In this document: piece after piece, positions 49,865 through 58,462 of the stretch
Position numbering within the stretch: the stretch's first letter is position 1
Layout: every line of letters begins with the position of its first letter
Assembly: GCA_963706575.1 (NCBI GenBank)
Contig: CAVPNL010000008.1
Span: 256,001 to 320,000 of the forward strand
Length of the DNA stretch: 64,000 bases
Origin: an uncultured delta proteobacterium
GTDB taxonomy: Bacteria > Desulfobacterota > Desulfobacteria > Desulfobacterales > JAHEIW01
Reading direction: 5' to 3'
Program-made: the position numbers and the translations under genes
Notes under the pieces: model-generated
What the model was told of the DNA's origin: nothing
The model's database searches: none
Seen by the model: only the letters and a program-made list of their open reading frames with translations

Positions 49865-50722
49865 TCAAATTACCCCGCGGTAATAAGCCAGACGTCGGGC
49901 AATAGGCTTGAACGCACTAAATAAATAATGTCTGTCCTTTTCGGCCAACGGCTTGGTCATGCGGCCGGTCTTCGCTAGAGTTTCCACCTCGGCAGGTGTA
50001 GAACACCCCACAATTGCCACATCAATATCCAAAGAAAGCGCATAGCGAATCAGCGCCGCAGCTGTGATTCGGGTCTGGGGTAAAATAAAATGGGCGGCAC
50101 CTAATACTTTCATTCCGATAACCGCCACTCTTTTCTTTCTAGCTGCCGGCAGCGTATCGGTTAAAAACCCGCCTAAAATTTCCTCAACCGGATTTACCGG
50201 CAGCATTACCGCATCTACCGGCCATTCACGGACGGCCTGGGTCAGAATTCGGGGATCGTGGTGTCCGGTGACACCGATAAAACGGACCCTGCCGGCCGCT
50301 TTGGCTTCAACAAATGCTTCCAAAGCACCGCCGGGGCCGGCGATCATTTCGATGTCCTGTGGCGTGCGCACATCATGAATTTGCCACAAATCTAGATATT
50401 CGGTTTGCAGCCTTTCAAGAGATTGCTGCAGGTCAATAACCGCTGAAGCCTTGTCGCGGCTGGGCGATTTACTGGCCTGAAACACCTTTGCGCGAAGTTC
50501 CGGCTGTTCCTTCCAAATATAGCCGTAATACAACTCGCTGTCGGCATAAACCCGTGCCGAGTCAAAATAATTTATGCCCTGCGCAATGGCCGCCTGTATG
50601 ACCTCGCGGGCTTCACGGTTGCGGCCGTGGGTTCGCAGAACACCTTCACCTCCCAGACCGGTTCGGGTGACGTTTTGATGGGTGCTTCCGAAAATACGGG
50701 TTTGCAACGGCTTTTGATTCAC
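49865..50722 (-). CDS. Aldo/keto reductase
   Basis: GLGG, GINYFDSARVY, SLERLQTEYLDLWQIH, GRVRFIGVTGH; GTG start at 50722 assumed. Confidence 0.9.
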   Translation of the reverse strand: MNQKPLQTRIFGSTHQNVTRTGLGGEGVLRTHGRNREAREVIQAAIAQGINYFDSARVYADSELYYGYIWKEQPELRAKVFQASKSPSRDKASAVIDLQQSLERLQTEYLDLWQIHDVRTPQDIEMIAGPGGALEAFVEAKAAGRVRFIGVTGHHDPRILTQAVREWPVDAVMLPVNPVEEILGGFLTDTLPAARKKRVAVIGMKVLGAAHFILPQTRITAAALIRYALSLDIDVAIVGCSTPAEVETLAKTGRMTKPLAEKDRHYLFSAFKPIARRLAYYRGVI

Positions 50723-50738
50723 AGAGGCGTCCTTTTGT

Positions 50739-51584
50739 TCATCCCGGATCAAGCGGCAATTCGAGCATCCGGGCGGCAACTTCTTTGAGGATTTTGGCAG
50801 CAACCATGGCGGTGATTTCTTGTGGATCCCGTTTGGGGTTAAATTCAACGATGTCGGCGCCGGCAATCGGAACCGGCAGTCCCTGAATGAGATCAATTAC
50901 CTGGCGAGTCGACATGCCGCCGGGTTCATAATGGGAGACACCGGGAGCAAATGCGGGATCCAGTACATCCAAATCAATTGACAGGTACAGCGGATTTTCC
51001 CATTGGATGGCGCTGGCCTTGTGCAAATTTTGCATGTCGATAATTTCAACCCCGAATCGCTGGGCCTGTTTTTTTTGATGTGGATTGAGGGTTCGAATAC
51101 CGATTTGAACCAATCGCGACGCTAATTTTTCTTCCATGATGCGGGCAAAGGGGCAGGCATTTGAATAGCGGTTGCAGTCGTAACTGTCATAGAGGTCCGG
51201 GTGGGCGTCCAGATGAAGGATGTCGAGCTTGGCAAACCGGGTGCTGTGTGATTTCAGAACAGGGTAAGTGATGGCATGGTCTCCGCCTAACGATATGATG
51301 CGCACGCCATGGCTTAACAATTCGTCGATGCTTTTTTCAATTTTTTCGATGATCGCAGGCGCACCGGCGATGTCTAAATCCCCAAGATCAACAAAATTCG
51401 TGTGCGTGTCGAGATCGATGCCGGACTCCGCGCATAGATTCATTGATCCTGAATTCCAGGCTTTACGAATTTTTGCAGGGGCCAGGGCTGGGCCCTGCAT
51501 GAATGAAGAATTGGCATCGGAAGGAATACCGACAACCGTGACCATGCCGGATTGCAAGTTTTCAAAGCGCCTGATCACTCTCAT
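50739..51584 (-). CDS. speB: Agmatinase / ureohydrolase family
   Basis: LGGDH, DAHPD, SIDLDVLDPAFAPG, DIVEFNP. Confidence 0.8.
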   Translation of the reverse strand: MRVIRRFENLQSGMVTVVGIPSDANSSFMQGPALAPAKIRKAWNSGSMNLCAESGIDLDTHTNFVDLGDLDIAGAPAIIEKIEKSIDELLSHGVRIISLGGDHAITYPVLKSHSTRFAKLDILHLDAHPDLYDSYDCNRYSNACPFARIMEEKLASRLVQIGIRTLNPHQKKQAQRFGVEIIDMQNLHKASAIQWENPLYLSIDLDVLDPAFAPGVSHYEPGGMSTRQVIDLIQGLPVPIAGADIVEFNPKRDPQEITAMVAAKILKEVAARMLELPLDPG

Positions 51585-52081
51585 TGTTCTAAAAACCGTA
51601 CCGGTAGTACCCGACACCCTTTATTGTCATGTAAGTCAATGGTAAACGCGCTTCCGATATTGAAGTTAAATGCCAGTGGTAATCCGAGTGCGCTATCTGA
51701 AGTCCAGATAAGGATGCAGCTGAGTCGGATCTGAGGGACGATTTTCACCGGATGTCCGCAATCGGTTTTGTATCCTTCATACTTCGCATCTTCCACGAAA
51801 AGGCTTTGCAGCTCGGAAACCGTCGGCAGGCGCCAGTTTTCGTACAGCTGTGGTATATTATCCGTGAAATCATTTTCAAGCCAGCCTTGAATCTGGTTCC
51901 AGAAAATATCCGCCTGATTATCGTTTTTGGCCCACATGAGCCCGAGTTTGCGGTCCGTAACCGTGCCGTTGCCATGGTCGATGAAGCGCTGCTCTGCCAG
52001 GACGAAATCATGGCTGCCCGCCATCGCTATCAGGGCAACAATGCAAAAACCAGCCAGTTTTCTGAAAAATTGCTTCATCAT
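51581..52081 (-). CDS. Secreted DUF1566 (Lcl C-terminal) domain protein
   Basis: Signal peptide; GNGTVTD..GLMW, WRLPTVSEL, WTS, VLPVR. Confidence 0.85.
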   Translation of the reverse strand: MMKQFFRKLAGFCIVALIAMAGSHDFVLAEQRFIDHGNGTVTDRKLGLMWAKNDNQADIFWNQIQGWLENDFTDNIPQLYENWRLPTVSELQSLFVEDAKYEGYKTDCGHPVKIVPQIRLSCILIWTSDSALGLPLAFNFNIGSAFTIDLHDNKGCRVLPVRFLEQ

Positions 52082-52309
52082 ACGATTTAAGGACGATTTT
52101 ACGTGAAGAAATAGGTTCTTAAAAAAATGATCGGTGTTGTCGGGTTACCGGCTCCTTGAAGATTATTAAAGAAGCCCTTACGTGTCAACCCGTATAGCCT
52201 TGAAAACCCTATCACAGAATCAGGTTCTAGTTTTGCAGCCCCGCGTGAATACCTTCTGTTGATTGAGGCAAATGATGATTGGATGTAGTTGCTCGCAGTC
52301 AATGACGGT

Positions 52310-53158
52310 TTAGCGGGCACCGGACAGGAAACCGTATTTTTTGTAAATCTGCTGGCCCTTTTCAGAAAGAATGAAATCCAAAAAATTTTGTGCGCTTTGC
52401 GGGTGCGGAGCATTCCGTAAGCGGCAAATATAATAATCGATGCTTTCGCGTTGATCCAGGTCGGCACCGGGCTCGATCACATCGAATGCCAGATTGTTTG
52501 ACTGAGCATGTACCGCTTCAGTTGCCCAGACAGGCCCGACATCCACGGTCCTTTTTGCAATACGCAACGGCGTTTCCCGGTGGTGGACAATGGTAAAAAT
52601 CGTTGTACCTTCCGCCCGCTTTTTTTCCATGATGCGATCCAGCAGTTCGTCCCCGCCGGCCTGGCGGTACATATCCATAATGTGATAGGCAATATCTTCG
52701 TTTTGAGGGTCCGGCTGTGAGATGCGGACATCACCCCGCGCCAGATCGCTCACCGATGTTATTTGGGCCGGATTGCCCCGGGGAACCATCAAGGTTAACC
52801 GGTTATGCAGATACCGGTGATAACCGCTTTGACCGATATGCCCCTCCTTTTCAAGAAGTTGCATGGCCGCCCGATTAACGGAGCTGTATACATCCGGATA
52901 AATATTAAAGGCCTTATTCTGAAATATGGCGCCTTCTGCCAAAATTTGCTTGAGTTCCAGGCCCGGCGGAAGTGTTTCATAAAATATGTTTTTTACTTCC
53001 GGATATTGGGTTTTAAATTCCGCTACGATTTCCTTCATGGCCATAAACTGATTGCCGGCCATGAACAGAACCAGGTCGGCCTTGTCGGCGATTTCCAGGC
53101 CATGAAGATCATCGGTTCGATTGGATGGGATAACGGGCGGATCGTTTTTGTTCATCAA
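52310..53158 (-). CDS. ModA-like substrate-binding domain protein
   Basis: LMVPRGNP, DVGPVW.TEA, AQNFLDFILSEKGQQIYKKYGF; no signal peptide seen. Confidence 0.75.
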   Translation of the reverse strand: MMNKNDPPVIPSNRTDDLHGLEIADKADLVLFMAGNQFMAMKEIVAEFKTQYPEVKNIFYETLPPGLELKQILAEGAIFQNKAFNIYPDVYSSVNRAAMQLLEKEGHIGQSGYHRYLHNRLTLMVPRGNPAQITSVSDLARGDVRISQPDPQNEDIAYHIMDMYRQAGGDELLDRIMEKKRAEGTTIFTIVHHRETPLRIAKRTVDVGPVWATEAVHAQSNNLAFDVIEPGADLDQRESIDYYICRLRNAPHPQSAQNFLDFILSEKGQQIYKKYGFLSGAR

Positions 53159-53193
53159 CTAGATCCTTTATTTGATATTCACCTGTTGTTATG

Positions 53194-53360
53194 TGGGTGT
53201 CAGTGTTCAGGTGTCGGGTGCCAGTCTTCTGGTTCAAAAGCTAACAGCAATAGTTTGATTTGTTTCATTAGTTTCATTGGTTGAATTGGTTGGTTTAAAC
53301 CGAACCAATTGAACAAATTAAACCAATCAAACCAATAAAACAGATCCGCCCCCTGAAACC
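53194..53360. repeat. Nested tandem-array palindrome: GGTGTCR / CTGAAAC outer arms around a 9-bp GTTTCATTR / CAATSAAAC module
   Basis: Inner module 53249-53345 is an inverted, longer copy of 20997-21067. Confidence 0.9.
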
Positions 53361-53382
53361 TTAATTATAGAACTTTGTTGTA

Positions 53383-54603
53383 TTAAGTCTTTAACTTAGA
53401 TTTAACGACTATTTCCGAATGCAACGTCCGATGAACCGGACAGCGGTCGGCAATTTGCAAGAGACGCTGTTTTTGCTGATTATCAAGTTTGCCGCTTAAA
53501 TCGATTTCACAATCAAATTGATCCAGCTGACCCTCCTTGGTTTTACAGGTCTCACAATCAGCAGCGTTAATTTTTTTATGATTTAATCTTACCGTAACCC
53601 CTTCCAGCGGCCATTGCTTGCGGTCGGAATACATACGCAGGGTCATGGCTTTGCAGGTTCCCAAGCCGGCCATCAATAAATCAAAAGGTGCCGGTCCCTT
53701 ATCGGTTCCGCCCATCGAGACGGGCTCATCCGCCACCAGTCCATGGCCAGCTGCCATAATATCGGTAACATATCCGGATTTTCCAATTCGAGCGATGACC
53801 TGGTTTTCGTCACTGTCCGTTCTGGGCTCCTCTTTAAAAGAGGCGCTGACGTATTTACCTGCCCATGCGGCAATTACCGAACCGGCGTAGAGGGAATCCT
53901 CAGAATTTGTCAGCAGATGGTCGGCTGTATCAAGAGAAATAAAGCTTTTAGGGTGCCGGGCCGCCTGAAAGATTCGAGCGGCGTTTTCAATTCCGACTGT
54001 TTCATCTATCGGTGAGTGCAAAACCAGCAGGGCTCTGTCTAAATTTTTAAGGGTGTCTGCCATGTTGACAAAATCCAGATCGTCAAGAAATTGCTTTTTT
54101 AGCGTAAATGTTCTGCCGGCCAGGGTAACATCCGCCTGGCCCCGCTTTTGAATACTTGTGGCTGCGCTGCCGAGGGCGCGGGTTACGTGCTGCGGGTCAG
54201 ATGGTGCGGCAATGGTGACCACGGCTTTTGAAGATGGGATTCGGCCGGCAGCCTGGAGCACAGCGGCTCCCCCGAATGAATGGCCGATTAATATTTCGGG
54301 GGCCTGGTAATTGGATTTCAAAAAATCCGCCGCCACGATCAGGTCATCAACATTTGAAGAAAAATTGGTATCGGCAAAATCACCTTCGCTTTCACCTAAA
54401 CCCGTAAAATCAAAACGCAGCACCGCCAGGCCTTCACGGGTTAACGCCCGGCTGATATGGGCAATGGCTTTTATGTTTTTGGAACAGGTAAAACAGTGGG
54501 CAAATAATGCATAGGCCACCGGTTTGCTGTCCAGCGGAAAGTCCAATCTGGCCGAAAGTGTTTGACCGTCTTTGTTTTTGAATTCAAGATTTTTAAATTG
54601 CAT
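53383..54603 (-). CDS. Bifunctional alpha/beta hydrolase-OsmC family protein
   Basis: AHCFTC, FDFTGLG, GHSFGG; C-terminal DEP..GG.D.GP.P, GTC, CPVH. Confidence 0.93.
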   Translation of the reverse strand: MQFKNLEFKNKDGQTLSARLDFPLDSKPVAYALFAHCFTCSKNIKAIAHISRALTREGLAVLRFDFTGLGESEGDFADTNFSSNVDDLIVAADFLKSNYQAPEILIGHSFGGAAVLQAAGRIPSSKAVVTIAAPSDPQHVTRALGSAATSIQKRGQADVTLAGRTFTLKKQFLDDLDFVNMADTLKNLDRALLVLHSPIDETVGIENAARIFQAARHPKSFISLDTADHLLTNSEDSLYAGSVIAAWAGKYVSASFKEEPRTDSDENQVIARIGKSGYVTDIMAAGHGLVADEPVSMGGTDKGPAPFDLLMAGLGTCKAMTLRMYSDRKQWPLEGVTVRLNHKKINAADCETCKTKEGQLDQFDCEIDLSGKLDNQQKQRLLQIADRCPVHRTLHSEIVVKSKLKT

Positions 54604-54621
54604 AACCGATCCCTTTTAAGG

Positions 54622-54722
54622 TTTAGCCACGGACGCACACAGACATACACGGACATTTTTTTGAGTCAAATATGTTGCTCGATCAAAATTTTTGTGTGAG
54701 TCCGTGTGGGTCTGTGGCTAAA
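54622..54722. repeat. Tandem-array palindrome, 10-bp unit (ACACRGACRY / GTCYGTGT)
   Basis: tttagccacggacgcacacagacatacacggac ... gtgtgagtccgtgtgggtctgtggctaaa. Confidence 0.9.
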
Positions 54723-55475
54723 TTATTTTTGTTTCGCGGGCTCATAATCCACAATGGCCGGTGGTTGCAGGTTCGGGTTTTCAAGCATCTGCAAGGCCGC
54801 TGAGATGACTGCCTGCTGGTGTCCGATGTCATCGGGTATACCCAGCGGGTACCCGTGGCGGAAAGGGACGGACAGCGCGCGCGGGGGTCGCACCTTCTCG
54901 GCTACGCTGCGCAACAACTGAATTGCCACGGTAGAGATCCCCTGGCGTTCCAGTTCCGCTGCGACCAGGCCCACGGTCTGGTTGCATATCGGTCAGACAG
55001 GCACCAGCAGGGCAATATCGACACCATCTTCAACCAGTTTGCGCACCGCTGGCGGCGCGGATTTTTTTATCAGGCGCCCGGGGGCTGTAATGGATCCCAT
55101 GAAGGACAGATGCCGTCGATTTAACGAACCGATGCGCCCGCTTCTGACCAGTTCCCGTAAACGATCCAGGGGGAATGCCAGATTGGGGTCCTGCCGGAGC
55201 CCGGAGTGATCATAAAGATCGCTGCGGTGCGTATCCGTCAGGGTGAAGACATCGGTGTCGGCAGGGATTTCACGGAAGCTGAAGTCACCGCCGCGAATCG
55301 AATCGTCAAACGGCTCCTGACCGGGCCCGACGAGCCCCGCGCTGGAGATAACGGCAGCCCGACTGTTCTTTAACGGTTTTTTTAAAGGTGCCCATGGCAC
55401 CGGATCGATGCGGCGCCACGGGTAGGCTTTCAGGAACAGTTTATATTTTAACGGAAATTCACTCAGGTCACCCAA
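54723..55475 (-). CDS. Selenoprotein, D-proline/glycine reductase B (PrdB/GrdB)-like, with in-frame UGA read as Sec
   Basis: ORFs 54993-55475 and 54723-54974 are in frame and joined by one TGA: LLVPV-U-PICNQTVGLVAAELERQGISTV; also ISSAG, GDFSFR, DPN..FPLD, PPRAL, GYPLG. Confidence 0.88.
54961..54985 (-). promoter_or_regulatory. Candidate bacterial SECIS hairpin
   Basis: GCAACCAGACC-GTG-GGCCTGGTCGC stem-loop beginning 7 nt after the UGA, with a G-containing loop. Confidence 0.65.
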
Positions 55476-55561
55476 GATATTCTCCTGTGATTCAATTTGG
55501 ACCTGTTAGTGCCGGTACGTCCCCACTTGTTTGCTGCGAAGCTATCTCGGAAACCCATACA

Positions 55562-55686
55562 GGTTGGCCGGTTAAGCGCGTTGTTCCGTTAAGCCAGTTG
55601 AGCCAGTTAAAAAAAAGAAAAATGTCTGGTTCCATTTTTTAATCCGCCTGTGGCGGACTAACGGGCAACAGAACAGGGCGCCCGAC
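55562..55686. repeat. Tandem-array palindrome, GTTRAGCCR family; copy 2 with inserted hairpin
   Basis: gttaagcgcgttgttccgttaagccagttgagccagtt ... taa[tccgcctgtggcggac]taacgggcaacagaacagggcgc. Confidence 0.8.
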
Positions 55687-55697
55687 GAATAATCATT

Positions 55698-57290
55698 TTA
55701 GAGGTATTCTCGCTTTCCCATTTCTGCCAGCTTGAACTTTTGAATTTTGCCGCTTCCGGTCATGGGAAACTCGGAGGCGACTTTATAATGCCTTGGCCAT
55801 TTCTCTTCAGGCAGGTGCTTTTTAACATGTTGGGCGATGCGATCCAATGACAGTTCGGCGTCGGCCTTCAATTTTACCCAGGCGGCCACTTCCTGTCCTT
55901 TTTGAGGGTGGGGGAAGCCAAAGACCTGGACCTCCGAGATCTCGGGCAGCTGATAAATAATTTCTTCAATCTCCACGGGATAGATGTCCACACCGTCGCG
56001 AACGATCACATCTTTGAGCCGTCCGGTTATCCTGACATAACCTTTTTCATCCATTTCACCTAAATCACCTGTGTGGAACCACTCTTCTTTATCAACTGCA
56101 GCGGCAGTGGCAGCCGGCATTTTATAATATTCTTTCATTAAAAACCCCCGGGTGCACAATTCGCCCTGTTGATTGGGTGCCAATGGTTCACCGCTGCCGG
56201 GATCGACGATTTTTACATCATTGCAGGGCAGCGCGGTGCCGATGGTGGATACCCGTAATTCGATGGGGTCATCCGGATGGGTCATGGAAATCCATGAAGA
56301 AGTTTCGGTAATGCCGTAGGCCACTGTTATATCGGAAACCCCGATGTCTTCAACGATGCGTCTCATCAGCTCAATGGGGCAGGGTGCACCGCCGATGATT
56401 CCCTTGGACACTGTTTTCCAGTCTTCTTTTTGAAACTGGGGGTGATCGATAAGGGCAATCAGCATGCTGGGCGAACCATAAACCGCCGTGCATTTTTCCT
56501 GCGCGATGGCTCGCAAAACCTTTGGTGGATCAAAGGTCTCAGAGGGCATGATCAGCGCCGCCCCCCTCAAAAGCCCTGCCAATGCGATACAGGTGTTGCC
56601 CATCATATGAAAAAGGGGAAAAAAAAGGCACAATCGATCTTCGGCGGTAATGCCCTGACGTTCGGTGCCAACCATGGATTTGTTAACCAACCCTAAATGA
56701 TCCAACACCACCCCCTTGGGTTGACCGGTGGTGCCCGACGTATACATAATCGCCATGGGATCTGTTGCCTGAACGGCCTGGGCCTTTTCAGCAAGCGCCT
56801 GATCGCTAACCCCGGCAGCCAGCTCTAAGAAATCGTGCCAGGGCGTCATTTCTTCAGCGGATGCGTCACCCAGTACAATTATAAACTGCAAAGCGTGGAT
56901 CTGCTTCTTTGCGGCCAGCGCCATTTCATCGAATTTTATGTTTCCTGAAGCGCCGGAGATAATTAATCCGCGGCATTCAGACTGCGTCAGGATGAAGTGA
57001 AGATTTTCGGTGGTGGCGTTTGGATCAATCGGCACCGTGATGGCGCCTATTTTGGTGAGCCCCAGAAAAGATAGGAGCCATTCGGGAGAGTTGTGTGCCC
57101 AGAGGCCCACTTTATCGCCGGCACTAATGCCTTTTTTTATGAAACCGCGCGCGCTGAGGTCAATTTCCCGGGAAAAGTCCTTGAAATTGTAACGCATGCC
57201 CCTTTCAGTATGGACTATCGCATCCTGTTGTGGATATGCGGCTGCAATCTCCTCCAGGAATGCGCTGATGGTCTTATGGATTACCTGCAT
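55698..57290 (-). CDS. AMP-binding acyl-CoA synthetase
   Basis: YTSGTTGQPKG, YGITE, FHTGDLG, GRLKD, SGKIQK. Confidence 0.93.
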   Translation of the reverse strand: MQVIHKTISAFLEEIAAAYPQQDAIVHTERGMRYNFKDFSREIDLSARGFIKKGISAGDKVGLWAHNSPEWLLSFLGLTKIGAITVPIDPNATTENLHFILTQSECRGLIISGASGNIKFDEMALAAKKQIHALQFIIVLGDASAEEMTPWHDFLELAAGVSDQALAEKAQAVQATDPMAIMYTSGTTGQPKGVVLDHLGLVNKSMVGTERQGITAEDRLCLFFPLFHMMGNTCIALAGLLRGAALIMPSETFDPPKVLRAIAQEKCTAVYGSPSMLIALIDHPQFQKEDWKTVSKGIIGGAPCPIELMRRIVEDIGVSDITVAYGITETSSWISMTHPDDPIELRVSTIGTALPCNDVKIVDPGSGEPLAPNQQGELCTRGFLMKEYYKMPAATAAAVDKEEWFHTGDLGEMDEKGYVRITGRLKDVIVRDGVDIYPVEIEEIIYQLPEISEVQVFGFPHPQKGQEVAAWVKLKADAELSLDRIAQHVKKHLPEEKWPRHYKVASEFPMTGSGKIQKFKLAEMGKREYL

Positions 57291-57563
57291 GTTCCCATCT
57301 CCCTTCAAATAATTGTATTGCTATTCACCACCGGGTTAGCATTAAACTACCCGCTTAAGCGGGATTTTCTAGAAAATTTACTATAGAGTAAATCAAAAAT
57401 TGAGTCCAGTTTAAAGTCCGGATTCAACCCAAGGCACCGGAATTTGCCATATCATTTGCTTTAACGTTGTAAAACGGCTACCCATTTATCCGTTATCTTC
57501 ACAAGAAGATTGGGACCGTATTTTCAGGTGGTTTCGCTGAATTGCATTCATTAACTTGATGGC

Positions 57564-57592
57564 TTGACAATTAAAAACCCATTCTTTATAGT
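57564..57592 (+). promoter_or_regulatory. Sigma70 promoter of the ABC/ligase operon
   Basis: TTGACA, 17-bp spacer, TATAGT; about 60 bp upstream of the start codon. Confidence 0.6.
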
Positions 57593-57651
57593 CACCAGGT
57601 TAGCCCAGGAGTCTGGCAGTAAACAAAGCCATACACGAGGTTGAATTCCTA

Positions 57652-58446
57652 TTGAGCAATGAAGCGATCATAGATGTTGAAAATGTGTCCTTGGCCTTTG
57701 GCGGTGTGCAGGCTCTGTATAACGTCAGCACGCATTTATTGCCGGGCGAAATATTTGCCATCATCGGACCCAACGGCGCCGGCAAAACCTGTCTGCTAAA
57801 CTGTATCAGCCGATTTTACACTCCCCGGGAAGGCGAAATACGCTTCAAGGGCAAAGACATCACCCATGTTCCTACCCACAATATCGCCCAGTTGGGCATA
57901 GCACGCACCTTTCAAAATATCGAGCTCTTCAAAGGGATGACGGTTCTGGACAATATCAAGCTGGGACGTCATGTCTTTTTAAAATCGGGCATTCTATCCG
58001 ATATGCTTTACTGGGGAAGGACCCAGCGGGAGGAATTAAAGCTGCGCCAGGAAATCGAGGAAAAGATTATCGATCTTTTAGAGATCCAGACCATTCGTAA
58101 ACAAGTTGTCGGTACCCTGCCGTATGGGCTTCAAAAACGGGTTGAACTTGCCAGGGCGCTTGCCATGCAGCCCGAAGTCCTTTTATTGGACGAACCCATG
58201 GCCGGTATGAATCTTGAAGAAACCGAAGATATGGCGCGTTTTATTATCAATGTGAACACCATGTGGGATGTCTCCATCATCCTGGTCGAACACGATATGG
58301 GGGTTGTTATGGATATTTCTGACCGCGTGTGTGTTCTCGAGTTCGGCCAGAAAATTGCCGAAGGATCGCCCCAGGAAATCCAGGAAAATCCCCAGGTCAT
58401 CCGCGCCTACCTTGGAGAAGATGAAAAAGCCTATTCACGGCTCTAG
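57652..58446 (+). CDS. ABC transporter ATP-binding protein (LivG-like)
   Basis: GPNGAGKT, ARTFQN, LPYGLQKRVELARAL, LLLDEP, VEHDM. Confidence 0.93.
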   Translation: MSNEAIIDVENVSLAFGGVQALYNVSTHLLPGEIFAIIGPNGAGKTCLLNCISRFYTPREGEIRFKGKDITHVPTHNIAQLGIARTFQNIELFKGMTVLDNIKLGRHVFLKSGILSDMLYWGRTQREELKLRQEIEEKIIDLLEIQTIRKQVVGTLPYGLQKRVELARALAMQPEVLLLDEPMAGMNLEETEDMARFIINVNTMWDVSIILVEHDMGVVMDISDRVCVLEFGQKIAEGSPQEIQENPQVIRAYLGEDEKAYSRL

Positions 58447-58462
58447 CCTTTAACGGATTGAT

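Noticed and set aside
54723..55475. Pseudogene or two-gene interpretation of the PrdB-like locus
   Set aside because: The single in-frame TGA falls at the expected UxxC site and is followed by a hairpin; Sec readthrough is more parsimonious
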